Shown here: positions 30,337 through 38,931 of the stretch, piece by piece
Position numbering within the stretch: position 1 is the first letter of the stretch
Layout: each line of letters starts with the position of its first letter
NCBI GenBank assembly: GCA_964553825.1
Contig: CAZKLT010000002.1
Span: 66,068 to 130,067 of the forward strand
Reading direction: 5' to 3'
Source of the DNA: an uncultured Gammaproteobacteria bacterium
GTDB lineage: Bacteria > Patescibacteriota > Microgenomatia > UBA10105 > UBA927
DNA: 64,000 bases
Notes under the pieces: generated by a model
What the model saw: the letters and a program-made list of their open reading frames with translations, nothing else
The model's database searches: none
What the model was told of the DNA's origin: nothing
Translations under genes and position numbers: made by a program

Positions 30337-31291
30337 AAGATAAGTTCAGTTGTTTTTCGATCCACTGATATGTGTCTTTCAGGCCCTTCTCGAGGGGGAC
30401 AGACGGTTCCCATGATAACGTTTTTTGAAGCAACGTATTATCAGAGTTTCTTCCGCGAACTCCCTGAGGTTTTGTGGTGTCGTACCGTTTTTTTATACGC
30501 TTGCCAGCGATTATTGCGATCATATCGATAAGTTCGTTCACCGTTACCAGCCTCGATGAGCCGATATTGATCGGTCCCATAAATGGCTGATGCACGAATC
30601 GGTACACGCCTTCGCAGCAATCGTCTATATAACAATACGAACGCCCTTGGGCTCCATCGCCCCATACTTCTATTTCATCGTCAGGGGAGGCAAGGGCTAT
30701 TTTCCTACAAAGCGCCGCTATCGATTTTTCCCTTCCTCCATCGTATGTTGATTCAGGTCCATAAATATTATGAAACCGCCCGACGTATACCTTCATGCCA
30801 AAATCTAAACTATAAGAGGCGCACATCTGTTCTGTGAAGAGTTTTTCCCATCCATACATGGTGTCGGGATTTGCAGGAACGGCATCCTGCTCTTTGAGGC
30901 CGGTGTTGTTGGGATCTACTTGTTTTTCCATCGGATACACGCAGGCAGACGATGCATAGAATACGAGCGGAATACCAGCGTTTTTAGCAGCGGCAAGGGA
31001 GTGCGCGTTAATAAGTACGTTGTTATGTATGAGGTTGGCCCGCACGTGATCGATATACCCCATGCCACCCATGTCGGCCGCAAACATATACAACTCGTCG
31101 GCGGCTTGAATGAGCTTTCTGGCTGTCGCAGCATCCCGCAAGTCACCCAAATGAAACGTATCGGCGGCTGATTCAGAAAATTCGGGAGGTTTCAAATCAA
31201 TTCCGGTCACCTGGTATCCTCGCGCTTTCAAATATTTCACAAAATACGATCCGATAAATCCACCCGCACCGGTTACAACAGCTTGTTTCAT
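30326..31291 (-). CDS. NAD-dependent epimerase, GDP-mannose 3,5-epimerase-like
   Basis: GAGGFIG, AADMGGMGYI, SSACVYP, YGWEK, RFHNIYGP, GGREK and GVRGRNSDN motifs. Confidence 0.85.
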   Translation of the reverse strand: MKQAVVTGAGGFIGSYFVKYLKARGYQVTGIDLKPPEFSESAADTFHLGDLRDAATARKLIQAADELYMFAADMGGMGYIDHVRANLIHNNVLINAHSLAAAKNAGIPLVFYASSACVYPMEKQVDPNNTGLKEQDAVPANPDTMYGWEKLFTEQMCASYSLDFGMKVYVGRFHNIYGPESTYDGGREKSIAALCRKIALASPDDEIEVWGDGAQGRSYCYIDDCCEGVYRFVHQPFMGPINIGSSRLVTVNELIDMIAIIAGKRIKKRYDTTKPQGVRGRNSDNTLLQKTLSWEPSVPLEKGLKDTYQWIEKQLNLSSRP

Positions 31292-31309
31292 ATGTGATAG
31301 TGTAGTGTA

Positions 31310-32299
31310 TCAACTCCGCATGTTCGTCCGCAAGAATAAAACGAACCGTTGTGTAAGCGTCGAAGGTTGCCTTGTGGGTTGTCTTGCTGACCAGATAAAC
31401 CAGTTGTTCATGTATTGCGCGGAAACGGTCCGGCGCGTGCGGTTAAAAGGAAAAACAGCTGCACGTCGCATCACGGCACTCAATAAGCGCAATCCCTTCC
31501 TTGGTGTGGTAAGAAGACGAAGAAGAACATGTCCGGTCAGACGCGGGATATTGTACAGTAAAAGATCAGAGAGAATCGCATTCTTAAAAACACTTCGATA
31601 CCGGTTTGCCAGTGCTTCTATTTCATACGCGGAGCGGAATCCGCCACCGGGATGCTCGGCAGTTGCCGCCGGTTCGTACCAACAGCGGAACCCTAACAGT
31701 CTCGCCCGCCAATCCACGTCAACATCTTCGTAATACAAAAACATGCGCTGGTCGAAAAACGATCCACTTCTTGAAAGCGCCTTAATAAGCTTGAACGTAT
31801 AAAGGGGGGCTGCACCAGGAGCACCAAAAATCTCCCTTCCCTGATTCCAATAGGCACTGTCTTTCTCCCCATAACCAATATTGATTGCGTACCCGTCTTT
31901 CCGTAGCCCATGACCTGCACTGTAGAGCTTCCGTGATCGAACATCTTTATATAACTTCCCCGTAGCCCAATGGGCTTTATGCGTTTTACATGCCTTTACC
32001 AATTCAAGCACATAAGAGGGGCTCATCCGCACATCCGGATTCAATGCAACATAATAATCGCCCTGTTTGAGCCGTATTGATGAAATGATTGCGTTATGCG
32101 CCCTGCCAAAACCGAGATTTTTCCGACTCTCAATAAGCGTAACTCCTTTTTGCGTCCGCAACCAAGCAACGCTTCGGTCTGAGGAATTATTATCCAATAC
32201 GATAATCCGTAGGTCCTTATACGTCTGCTTTTTGACACAGGCGATACAGTCCGGCAAATCAGAAAGCGTGTTAAAAGACACAATACCTACATACACCAT
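31310..32299 (-). CDS. Glycosyltransferase family 2
   Basis: VLDNNSSD, NLGFGRAHN, LNPD and FLYYEDVDVDWR motifs. Confidence 0.9.
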   Translation of the reverse strand: MVYVGIVSFNTLSDLPDCIACVKKQTYKDLRIIVLDNNSSDRSVAWLRTQKGVTLIESRKNLGFGRAHNAIISSIRLKQGDYYVALNPDVRMSPSYVLELVKACKTHKAHWATGKLYKDVRSRKLYSAGHGLRKDGYAINIGYGEKDSAYWNQGREIFGAPGAAPLYTFKLIKALSRSGSFFDQRMFLYYEDVDVDWRARLLGFRCWYEPAATAEHPGGGFRSAYEIEALANRYRSVFKNAILSDLLLYNIPRLTGHVLLRLLTTPRKGLRLLSAVMRRAAVFPFNRTRRTVSAQYMNNWFIWSARQPTRQPSTLTQRFVLFLRTNMRS

Positions 32300-32303
32300 A
32301 GTG

Positions 32304-33275
32304 TTATATAAACCACCTCCCCATGGACACATCAGATACTCTTCTTCGCAGGAAGATCCACTCCCTTTTTTTCAACATAGTGCCAAGCATTTCGTAGGCC
32401 TGTATATACGAAGCAAAGGATGCGCGTTCCCGGAATACAATATAGAAGAATATTCCTATCTCGTATATGAGAATTGGTACGATATCGCGCAGAAAAAGCG
32501 ATGCGCTTTCGTTTTTCATCATCATGAGATATCTATTGCGAAGTGCCATGGTACGAAGTTCCTGTGGCACACGCTCCCGCCTCCCTGCGCGAAATGTTCG
32601 GATATGACGGGCTATCGCAGTGGGAACAAACACCGATTTCCACCCGCGCCACTTAGCCCGCCAGCACACATCAACGTCTTCTTTGTGCATAAAAAAATCC
32701 TCATCAAAATACTCCTGTCCGTACCCGATGTCTTCAAGCATTTTCCTTCGATAAAACGCAGCTGCCCCGTCGGGGCCGAATATGGAAACGGTATGCTTTG
32801 GATGCTCCTGCATCACTTTCATCTCACCGCGCAACCCCTGACGTCGGTTCCTTCGCATAAAAAGCCCCTCTCCGTCGACAATAACCGGTCGATCCCGAAG
32901 TCGTTCTACACGATAGAGGAGTCCTGCCGCCGACCCAACGCGCGGACTGGCGTCAAGCGTTCGCACCATCTTCCGTAAAAAATGCCTATCTAATACAACG
33001 TCCGGATTAAGCGTAAGTACATACTCACTCTTCGTCCGGCGTATCGCCATATTGTGTGCCGCTGCGTATCCGATGTTCCGTCGGCTGCGCACTAGGGTTA
33101 TTTTCAAACCCCTCACAACGCTTCGTGTTTTATCGGTCGAGGCATTGTCAATGACAAGAAGCGAAAAATCACGGAAACTCTGCGCCTGGACTGAACGGAT
33201 ACAGTCAACGACCGTCGCGGCATTATTATATGTCACGATCTGGACGACAACCCGTTTACGCTTTATCCTGCCCAT
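32304..33275 (-). CDS. Glycosyltransferase family 2
   Basis: IDNASTD, NIGYAAAHN, LNPD and FDEDFFMHKEDVDVCWR motifs. Confidence 0.9.
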   Translation of the reverse strand: MGRIKRKRVVVQIVTYNNAATVVDCIRSVQAQSFRDFSLLVIDNASTDKTRSVVRGLKITLVRSRRNIGYAAAHNMAIRRTKSEYVLTLNPDVVLDRHFLRKMVRTLDASPRVGSAAGLLYRVERLRDRPVIVDGEGLFMRRNRRQGLRGEMKVMQEHPKHTVSIFGPDGAAAFYRRKMLEDIGYGQEYFDEDFFMHKEDVDVCWRAKWRGWKSVFVPTAIARHIRTFRAGRRERVPQELRTMALRNRYLMMMKNESASLFLRDIVPILIYEIGIFFYIVFRERASFASYIQAYEMLGTMLKKREWIFLRRRVSDVSMGRWFI

Positions 33276-34647
33276 ATTTTGTATGAAAACCCATCCAACT
33301 CGTCAGAACGCCACCAAACAAGAGAATGTACACAATATTTTGCGGATAAATATTTTCAAACCATATATAAAAAAATATGGAAAGCCAGGAGATGCCGGAC
33401 GCCAACAAGAACAGACGGTCAATTCGGGAAATCTTGCCCGATTTCAAATATAAAAACATTTGTTTAGCCGGAAGATACAAAATAAAAAGAAAGAAACATA
33501 ACCCAAAAATTCCTGTTTCTGCCAGCACGGTATAAAACTCGTTATGTGAGGCTATTGGCACCGGAAGCGGTTCAAATTGGTCAAAAATAGAAAAATATTG
33601 CATATGGGGAAATGGCCATACGACAGCGTAGTAATTCCCATATCCCGTACCGAAAAGGGGATAGGCTTGAAATACCGCCAGCGCCTGACTATAGAGCGTA
33701 ATCCTTCCTGCGGTTTCCTGAATGTCACGATGTGCATCACGCAAGAGAAAACGATCGACCAGATTATAGCCCAAAACGACCCGTGCAACCGTTAGTCCAA
33801 AAAGAAGCGACACGACTGCCGTCACCAGGACAAATTTTATTTTCCGTATGGAAACGAGCAACCGTCGAAACGCGTAAATGGCATATGCCAACGAACATCC
33901 TGCGAACACCAAAAACGTCCACCGGAAATTCGCAACTGCCATGGCTCCTAAGATGGACAAAAAACCTATAAAAACATACAGCGATACCCATATGCGTGAT
34001 CGCCATGATAATAAGAGCGACGACGAATAAAAAAACGGAAATATAAAAACAAGCGCGCCCCAATGAAGCAGTCTTCCGCGGTCAAACTCGATTGTTATTC
34101 CATATGCTGCTCGCCCCAACAGATACCGCTCTGCAAATGCATTCATGACTGCAGGAAAAATCGCTTGTGCTAGGCTTAGACATGCGATAAATACGGCTGT
34201 GGCGCCAAGCACGTGAATAAATATCTCTTTTTGTTTTTCCGAGGGACGAACCTCGCCGGTGAGCCAAAAAAGAATAACACCGGAAAAAAGCAACCTCAGG
34301 GGCGTACTGTCATACACGGTGGGAACGGTTAACAGTGAAACCATCACTGACAAAAAATAAAACGCGACGACATACGAGAGCGGCCGCCACGAGCTTCGCA
34401 CAAAAAGCGAAAATGCCCTCCCACGGACAACCAACGCAAGAATAAGGCCTAAAAATGAGATCGCATTGATAAGGCCGATACTCGTCTTTGGACGGAGCGG
34501 AGCGGGCAAACTAAACACAAACAGCGAAGAGAGCACTGTCGCAACAACCACGAAAAGAAATATCGTTGCCGTATAATACCGTCTTGGATATAATCTATCA
34601 ATGCGCGTCCTAATGGCCGCGTAGGACGATGAGAGCTTCTTTTGCAT
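33256..34647 (-). CDS. O-antigen ligase (Wzy_C) family membrane protein
   Basis: Polytopic; GRITLY, PLFGTGYGNY and SHNEFYTVLAETGIFG motifs. Confidence 0.85.
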   Translation of the reverse strand: MQKKLSSSYAAIRTRIDRLYPRRYYTATIFLFVVVATVLSSLFVFSLPAPLRPKTSIGLINAISFLGLILALVVRGRAFSLFVRSSWRPLSYVVAFYFLSVMVSLLTVPTVYDSTPLRLLFSGVILFWLTGEVRPSEKQKEIFIHVLGATAVFIACLSLAQAIFPAVMNAFAERYLLGRAAYGITIEFDRGRLLHWGALVFIFPFFYSSSLLLSWRSRIWVSLYVFIGFLSILGAMAVANFRWTFLVFAGCSLAYAIYAFRRLLVSIRKIKFVLVTAVVSLLFGLTVARVVLGYNLVDRFLLRDAHRDIQETAGRITLYSQALAVFQAYPLFGTGYGNYYAVVWPFPHMQYFSIFDQFEPLPVPIASHNEFYTVLAETGIFGLCFFLFILYLPAKQMFLYLKSGKISRIDRLFLLASGISWLSIFFYIWFENIYPQNIVYILLFGGVLTSWMGFHTKYGQDKA

Positions 34648-35329
34648 GCTAGAAATTACTTCATTAAAGAAATCTTTGGGCGGAAAACGTATTGTATCAA
34701 ATCTATCACTTTTCGTGGGTCAAGGGGAAATTGTCGGTATTGCGGGACCGGTAGGAGTAGGGAAGTCTACGTTACTTCACATGCTGACGGGATTACTGGA
34801 TCAGGACGGCGGCTCTCTATCCTTCTTTGACGTTAAAGCGAGTCCTTCAACGCGTCCTGCAATCGCACAACAAATCAATTATGCTTCATCAAGCCAGCGG
34901 CTGAGCGGCTACGCAACGGTCTGGGAAAATTTCGCCACATATGCAGATTTATACGAAACGGATAATTGGCAGGCACTCATTAAAACCCTTTGGAAGACAT
35001 TTGATATGGCCCCTACGCTCCTTGGACGAAAAGTGTACCGGCTTTCTTCCGGGGAAAATTCTCTCGTGAATTTTGTAAAAGCACTCTTAAACGATCCGAA
35101 AATTCTCTTCTTAGATGAAATAACGGCCCACATGGATCCGTCTCTTGCCCAAAAGGTCCGCTCCTGCATCGTGTCGCGCAACGAGGGCGCCCGCGCCACC
35201 GTGCTCGTATCACAGAACCTTGAAGAAATGAAAATCATGTGCACCCGGATGATTATCTTAAAAAATGGCACCGTCTCATATGACGGCAAACCGTTGGGAG
35301 ACCGAGCCGGCGCGAAGTATTTTATCTGA
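34646..35329 (+). CDS. ABC transporter ATP-binding protein
   Basis: Walker A GPVGVGKST, signature LSSGE, Walker B ILFLDE. Confidence 0.88.
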   Translation: MLEITSLKKSLGGKRIVSNLSLFVGQGEIVGIAGPVGVGKSTLLHMLTGLLDQDGGSLSFFDVKASPSTRPAIAQQINYASSSQRLSGYATVWENFATYADLYETDNWQALIKTLWKTFDMAPTLLGRKVYRLSSGENSLVNFVKALLNDPKILFLDEITAHMDPSLAQKVRSCIVSRNEGARATVLVSQNLEEMKIMCTRMIILKNGTVSYDGKPLGDRAGAKYFI

Positions 35330-35333
35330 ATTT

Positions 35334-36113
35334 ATGAGACGTTTTCGAGGGCTCTATCTGCATTATCTCTATTCCATGCGACGCAATCCTGCGCGGATTA
35401 TAGAAATCCTTATTTGGCCCAGCTTTGAAGCACTTCTCTTCGGCCTTTTGGCCTCTGGGAGCACCCGCGCGCTTCCTGGCGCACAGGAGGTCACCTTACT
35501 GCTTCTGACTGGTATCGTCTACTGGAATTGTACCGCAAGGGTAATTCAGGAATCAGTTGCCCAGTTTATTGACGACTTTATGTCGAAAAATATCCAGAAT
35601 TTGATGATTTCTCCGATATCCATCCGTGAGCTGCTTTTTGCGGTAACCGCAGCATCTCTCACAAAAATCATACTGTCTCTTGCCGCACTTCTTCTCGTCC
35701 TTGTTTTCGTGTTCCCCGCATTTCTTGGGACGATTGGCCCGCACGTTCTTCTCTGGGTTATCCAACTTGAACTCTTCGGCGTCGCGCTTTCGCTTATAGC
35801 CATATCCGGAATATTTCTTTTCGGAGAACGGGCGAGTTTTTCCGGTTGGATGCTTAGCACCATCGTTCAGATATTTTCGCTGGTATTTTACGATAGGTCG
35901 GTACTCCCGCAGCCATTGTATGCCTTTTCGTATCTTGTTCCGTCTTCATATATCTTCGAATCATTACGCCTCTATATGACCGGGGCACCGATTATTCATA
36001 CAAGTCAGCTTATCGCATTTGGGCTAAACATTATGTATCTTATTACGGGAATGGGAATGGCCTTTGCCACATTCCGACTGGCAAAACGGACCGGCACGAT
36101 GACGAAACTATGA
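35334..36113 (+). CDS. ABC-2 type permease
   Basis: 6-TM pattern with NLMISP and PSSYIFESLR; directly follows the ATPase. Confidence 0.82.
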   Translation: MRRFRGLYLHYLYSMRRNPARIIEILIWPSFEALLFGLLASGSTRALPGAQEVTLLLLTGIVYWNCTARVIQESVAQFIDDFMSKNIQNLMISPISIRELLFAVTAASLTKIILSLAALLLVLVFVFPAFLGTIGPHVLLWVIQLELFGVALSLIAISGIFLFGERASFSGWMLSTIVQIFSLVFYDRSVLPQPLYAFSYLVPSSYIFESLRLYMTGAPIIHTSQLIAFGLNIMYLITGMGMAFATFRLAKRTGTMTKL

Positions 36114-37291
36114 AGCGACATCCTTTCAAGTTTCATGTCCTTCATACGGAAAGCCTGTATTCCAGAGGTGGGGAGAAGTATTTGTACGAACTTCTCGTCC
36201 GCGTGGCCAAAACCCATACCGTGCACTTGTATATACATGCCATAAGCACAAAATGGCGACACCGATATGTTACGGCCGGCATTTCCGTGCATGTATTGTG
36301 GAGACCCCCAAGGCTTTTCTGGATGCTACTGCCGGTAACGCTTGTGGCTAATTACGCTGAGCTGAAGCGGGATATCGATGCAAACGCCGTGGTGTTTGCA
36401 ACAAATTTCCCCATGAATCTGCTTGCCGTGCTGATTTCAAAACGGACGATCTGTCACTGCTTTGAGCCTCTTGCCATTTTTTATGACCCCCTGCGGATCG
36501 CATCACTTTCTCCGTTTTCCCGGCTTTGCGTACGATTGGCTAAGCTCGTCTACTCCTGGCTTGACCGCGGCGCTTACAACAAAGCCGCTATACTGACAGC
36601 GCTGGCACCATCAGTTGAACCCTATATTTTGGAAACATACGGGCGCAAACCCGATGTTTTTCTTCCAAATGGCGTTGATACGGATTTTTTTGTCCCCATC
36701 CCGAGGCGCAAACGCACGCATGCCCCTCACGTCCTGGGACACAGCACTGATTACACAATATTTAAGGGAACGGAAGACTTTCTAAAAATTCTTACCTTCC
36801 TGAGACGCAAAAGCCCACCCTTCACTGCGCTCATTTCGGAAAGTATCTCCGATCAAAAAATAAAAAAACAGTACCGGTCCTTCATACGTGCCAATGGGCT
36901 TACGGATGTGGTACGATTTGTGGGCACGATTGATGAATCAGGATTGCCTGCGTACTATCGCTCTCTTGATCTTTTTGTGTACACGGGCTCGACCACAAGC
37001 GCAGGCGGATCAACCGCAAGCCTGTCGGTGCTGGAAGCACAGGCATCGGGAACTCCCGTAATACGAAGCGGTGGCGACGACCGGGAAATTATCGGTGGAG
37101 AAACCGGATTTTACATACATCCGCCTGATCATGAAAAAGCGGCATCGGTTATCGACCGTTTTTTACGTCTATCGGACGAGGAAAAACAGCACATGCGCCG
37201 GGCTGCTCGGGTGTACGTAGAATCGCAATTCAGCTGGAATATCACCAGTAAAATTCTTATACAAACCGCACATACACTTTTTACCCAATGA
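36110..37291 (+). CDS. Glycosyltransferase family 4
   Basis: GGEKY, PNGVDTDFF, LSVLEAQASGTPVI and FSW motifs. Confidence 0.9.
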   Translation: MKRHPFKFHVLHTESLYSRGGEKYLYELLVRVAKTHTVHLYIHAISTKWRHRYVTAGISVHVLWRPPRLFWMLLPVTLVANYAELKRDIDANAVVFATNFPMNLLAVLISKRTICHCFEPLAIFYDPLRIASLSPFSRLCVRLAKLVYSWLDRGAYNKAAILTALAPSVEPYILETYGRKPDVFLPNGVDTDFFVPIPRRKRTHAPHVLGHSTDYTIFKGTEDFLKILTFLRRKSPPFTALISESISDQKIKKQYRSFIRANGLTDVVRFVGTIDESGLPAYYRSLDLFVYTGSTTSAGGSTASLSVLEAQASGTPVIRSGGDDREIIGGETGFYIHPPDHEKAASVIDRFLRLSDEEKQHMRRAARVYVESQFSWNITSKILIQTAHTLFTQ

Positions 37292-38073
37292 GCACAAAAG
37301 ACACACCATCGCCTTTTTCTTATACTGCGCCGTATTACGATCTCATCTATGGGAAAAGGGATATAACACAAACCGCAAAAAAAATTATCCATCACGTTCG
37401 GGCGCTTTTGCAAACAAAGAAAGATCTCTCGATCCTTGATGTTGGCTGTGGAACCGGTGCGTATACGATTGAATTGTGGCGCCAGGGGGTGCATATAACC
37501 GGAATCGACCAATCCGATGTGATGCTACAGATCGCCAGAGCAAAAGCAAAACTGGCATCAGCAGACATAAAGTTTACCGCGCAAAATTTTCTTACCTTTA
37601 ACGCAACAAAAACGTACGACGCGGTTGTATCGTTGTTTGACGTGGTGAGCTACATTACTGCCACAAGAGACGTGAATTTATTCTTCCGTAAGGCCGCGTC
37701 TCTGATACCGAACGGAGGTGTTTTTATGTTTGATTGTTGGTATGGTCCTGGCGTGTTCTTATCCAAACCCAAAATAACCAGACAGCGATATAAAAACGAC
37801 ACGCTTGAGGTGTTCCGAAAAAAAACACCCGTTCTTACGCACGAGGCAAACACCGTATCGGTATATCATGAGCTGTCGGTGCGAAAGAAAGGGGAGGATC
37901 CCATCATGATCCGCGAAACACACGTCATGCGATATTATTTTTATCCAGAACTGGAAGAGTTGGCAGCAAACGCAGGCTTTCGCATCATTCACTGGGGAAA
38001 CCTTGAGCTTTCCATGCGTCCTCCCCAAACTCCCCCCTGGAGCATATGGGTGGTTGCACAAAAGCAGGATTAA
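37288..38073 (+). CDS. Class I SAM-dependent methyltransferase
   Basis: APYYDLIY, ILDVGCGTG, GIDQSDVML and FDCWYGP motifs. Confidence 0.9.
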   Translation: MSTKDTPSPFSYTAPYYDLIYGKRDITQTAKKIIHHVRALLQTKKDLSILDVGCGTGAYTIELWRQGVHITGIDQSDVMLQIARAKAKLASADIKFTAQNFLTFNATKTYDAVVSLFDVVSYITATRDVNLFFRKAASLIPNGGVFMFDCWYGPGVFLSKPKITRQRYKNDTLEVFRKKTPVLTHEANTVSVYHELSVRKKGEDPIMIRETHVMRYYFYPELEELAANAGFRIIHWGNLELSMRPPQTPPWSIWVVAQKQD

Positions 38074-38915
38074 TCCCCAGCCGTAACAGACATGATATTA
38101 ACCTCTATTGCGTATTTCGGAAACTGAACGCGTATCCTATTGCCAATCTCTACAGGTTGATAAAAATTAAAATATTTCATGTTTCCATCCCTCATAACGC
38201 GCATTTTTATTTTTATTGTCGCGTCGCGTAGAAGCGGATTTTTCCGATGAAGCGTCTCACCGGCCCATGTGGTTGTCATGACATCGGCATTTTCCACATG
38301 AACGTCCAACACCTGAGCGACAAGCTGTCCATTGTTGTCCGCAACCGTATCGCCCACAGTAATAGCTGCGGCTTCCCAAGGCTGGATATGTATCGCCTTG
38401 CCCACAACGTCTATATACTCGGGGTTCCATGCGCTTCCCACGCCCTCAATGCCGACGATCTGTCCGATGAGTGCAATGTTATTGGGTGCAAAATGAATAG
38501 TTTTTCCAATTTGAAGCGTTTCCTGCTTAAATGTATATGTCTTTGTAAGCACATTTTGTTTCGCCAGAAGGCGCACTTTCATCCACATAAATTTTCGGTC
38601 ATCCTCTCCATACTTCACCAGGTCAGTAATTTCCGCGGTTAATTTTCGGAACGAATCATGTTCTTTGGCGCCAATCGCCAGGTCTCGCGCATTCCAATAA
38701 TAGGGAGGGGGGACGCCCCACCACCACTCGCCACCGGAAGCAAGAAGTTCAACGGTAACATATGTGTCTTTCTGCAAGACAAGCTTGACGGCAACACCTA
38801 TTCCAGTCAGCAGCATGACAATACAAAGGAGAATAACAATATCAACTCGGGTCAGATATCCCTTGACGAAATATTTAGAAAAGCGCTTCCCCAGATTGTT
38901 CACAAATGAATTCAT
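38070..38915 (-). CDS. Membrane-anchored hypothetical protein (DUF4330-like, two beta-rich repeats)
   Basis: Single N-terminal TM (VDIVILL...) followed by two similar beta-rich segments. Confidence 0.6.
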   Translation of the reverse strand: MNSFVNNLGKRFSKYFVKGYLTRVDIVILLCIVMLLTGIGVAVKLVLQKDTYVTVELLASGGEWWWGVPPPYYWNARDLAIGAKEHDSFRKLTAEITDLVKYGEDDRKFMWMKVRLLAKQNVLTKTYTFKQETLQIGKTIHFAPNNIALIGQIVGIEGVGSAWNPEYIDVVGKAIHIQPWEAAAITVGDTVADNNGQLVAQVLDVHVENADVMTTTWAGETLHRKNPLLRDATIKIKMRVMRDGNMKYFNFYQPVEIGNRIRVQFPKYAIEVNIMSVTAGD

Positions 38916-38931
38916 AGATGATGATCACGCA

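Noticed and set aside
32067-32978. 303-aa + strand ORF
   Set aside because: Antisense shadow of two clear GT2 genes; no recognisable motifs.
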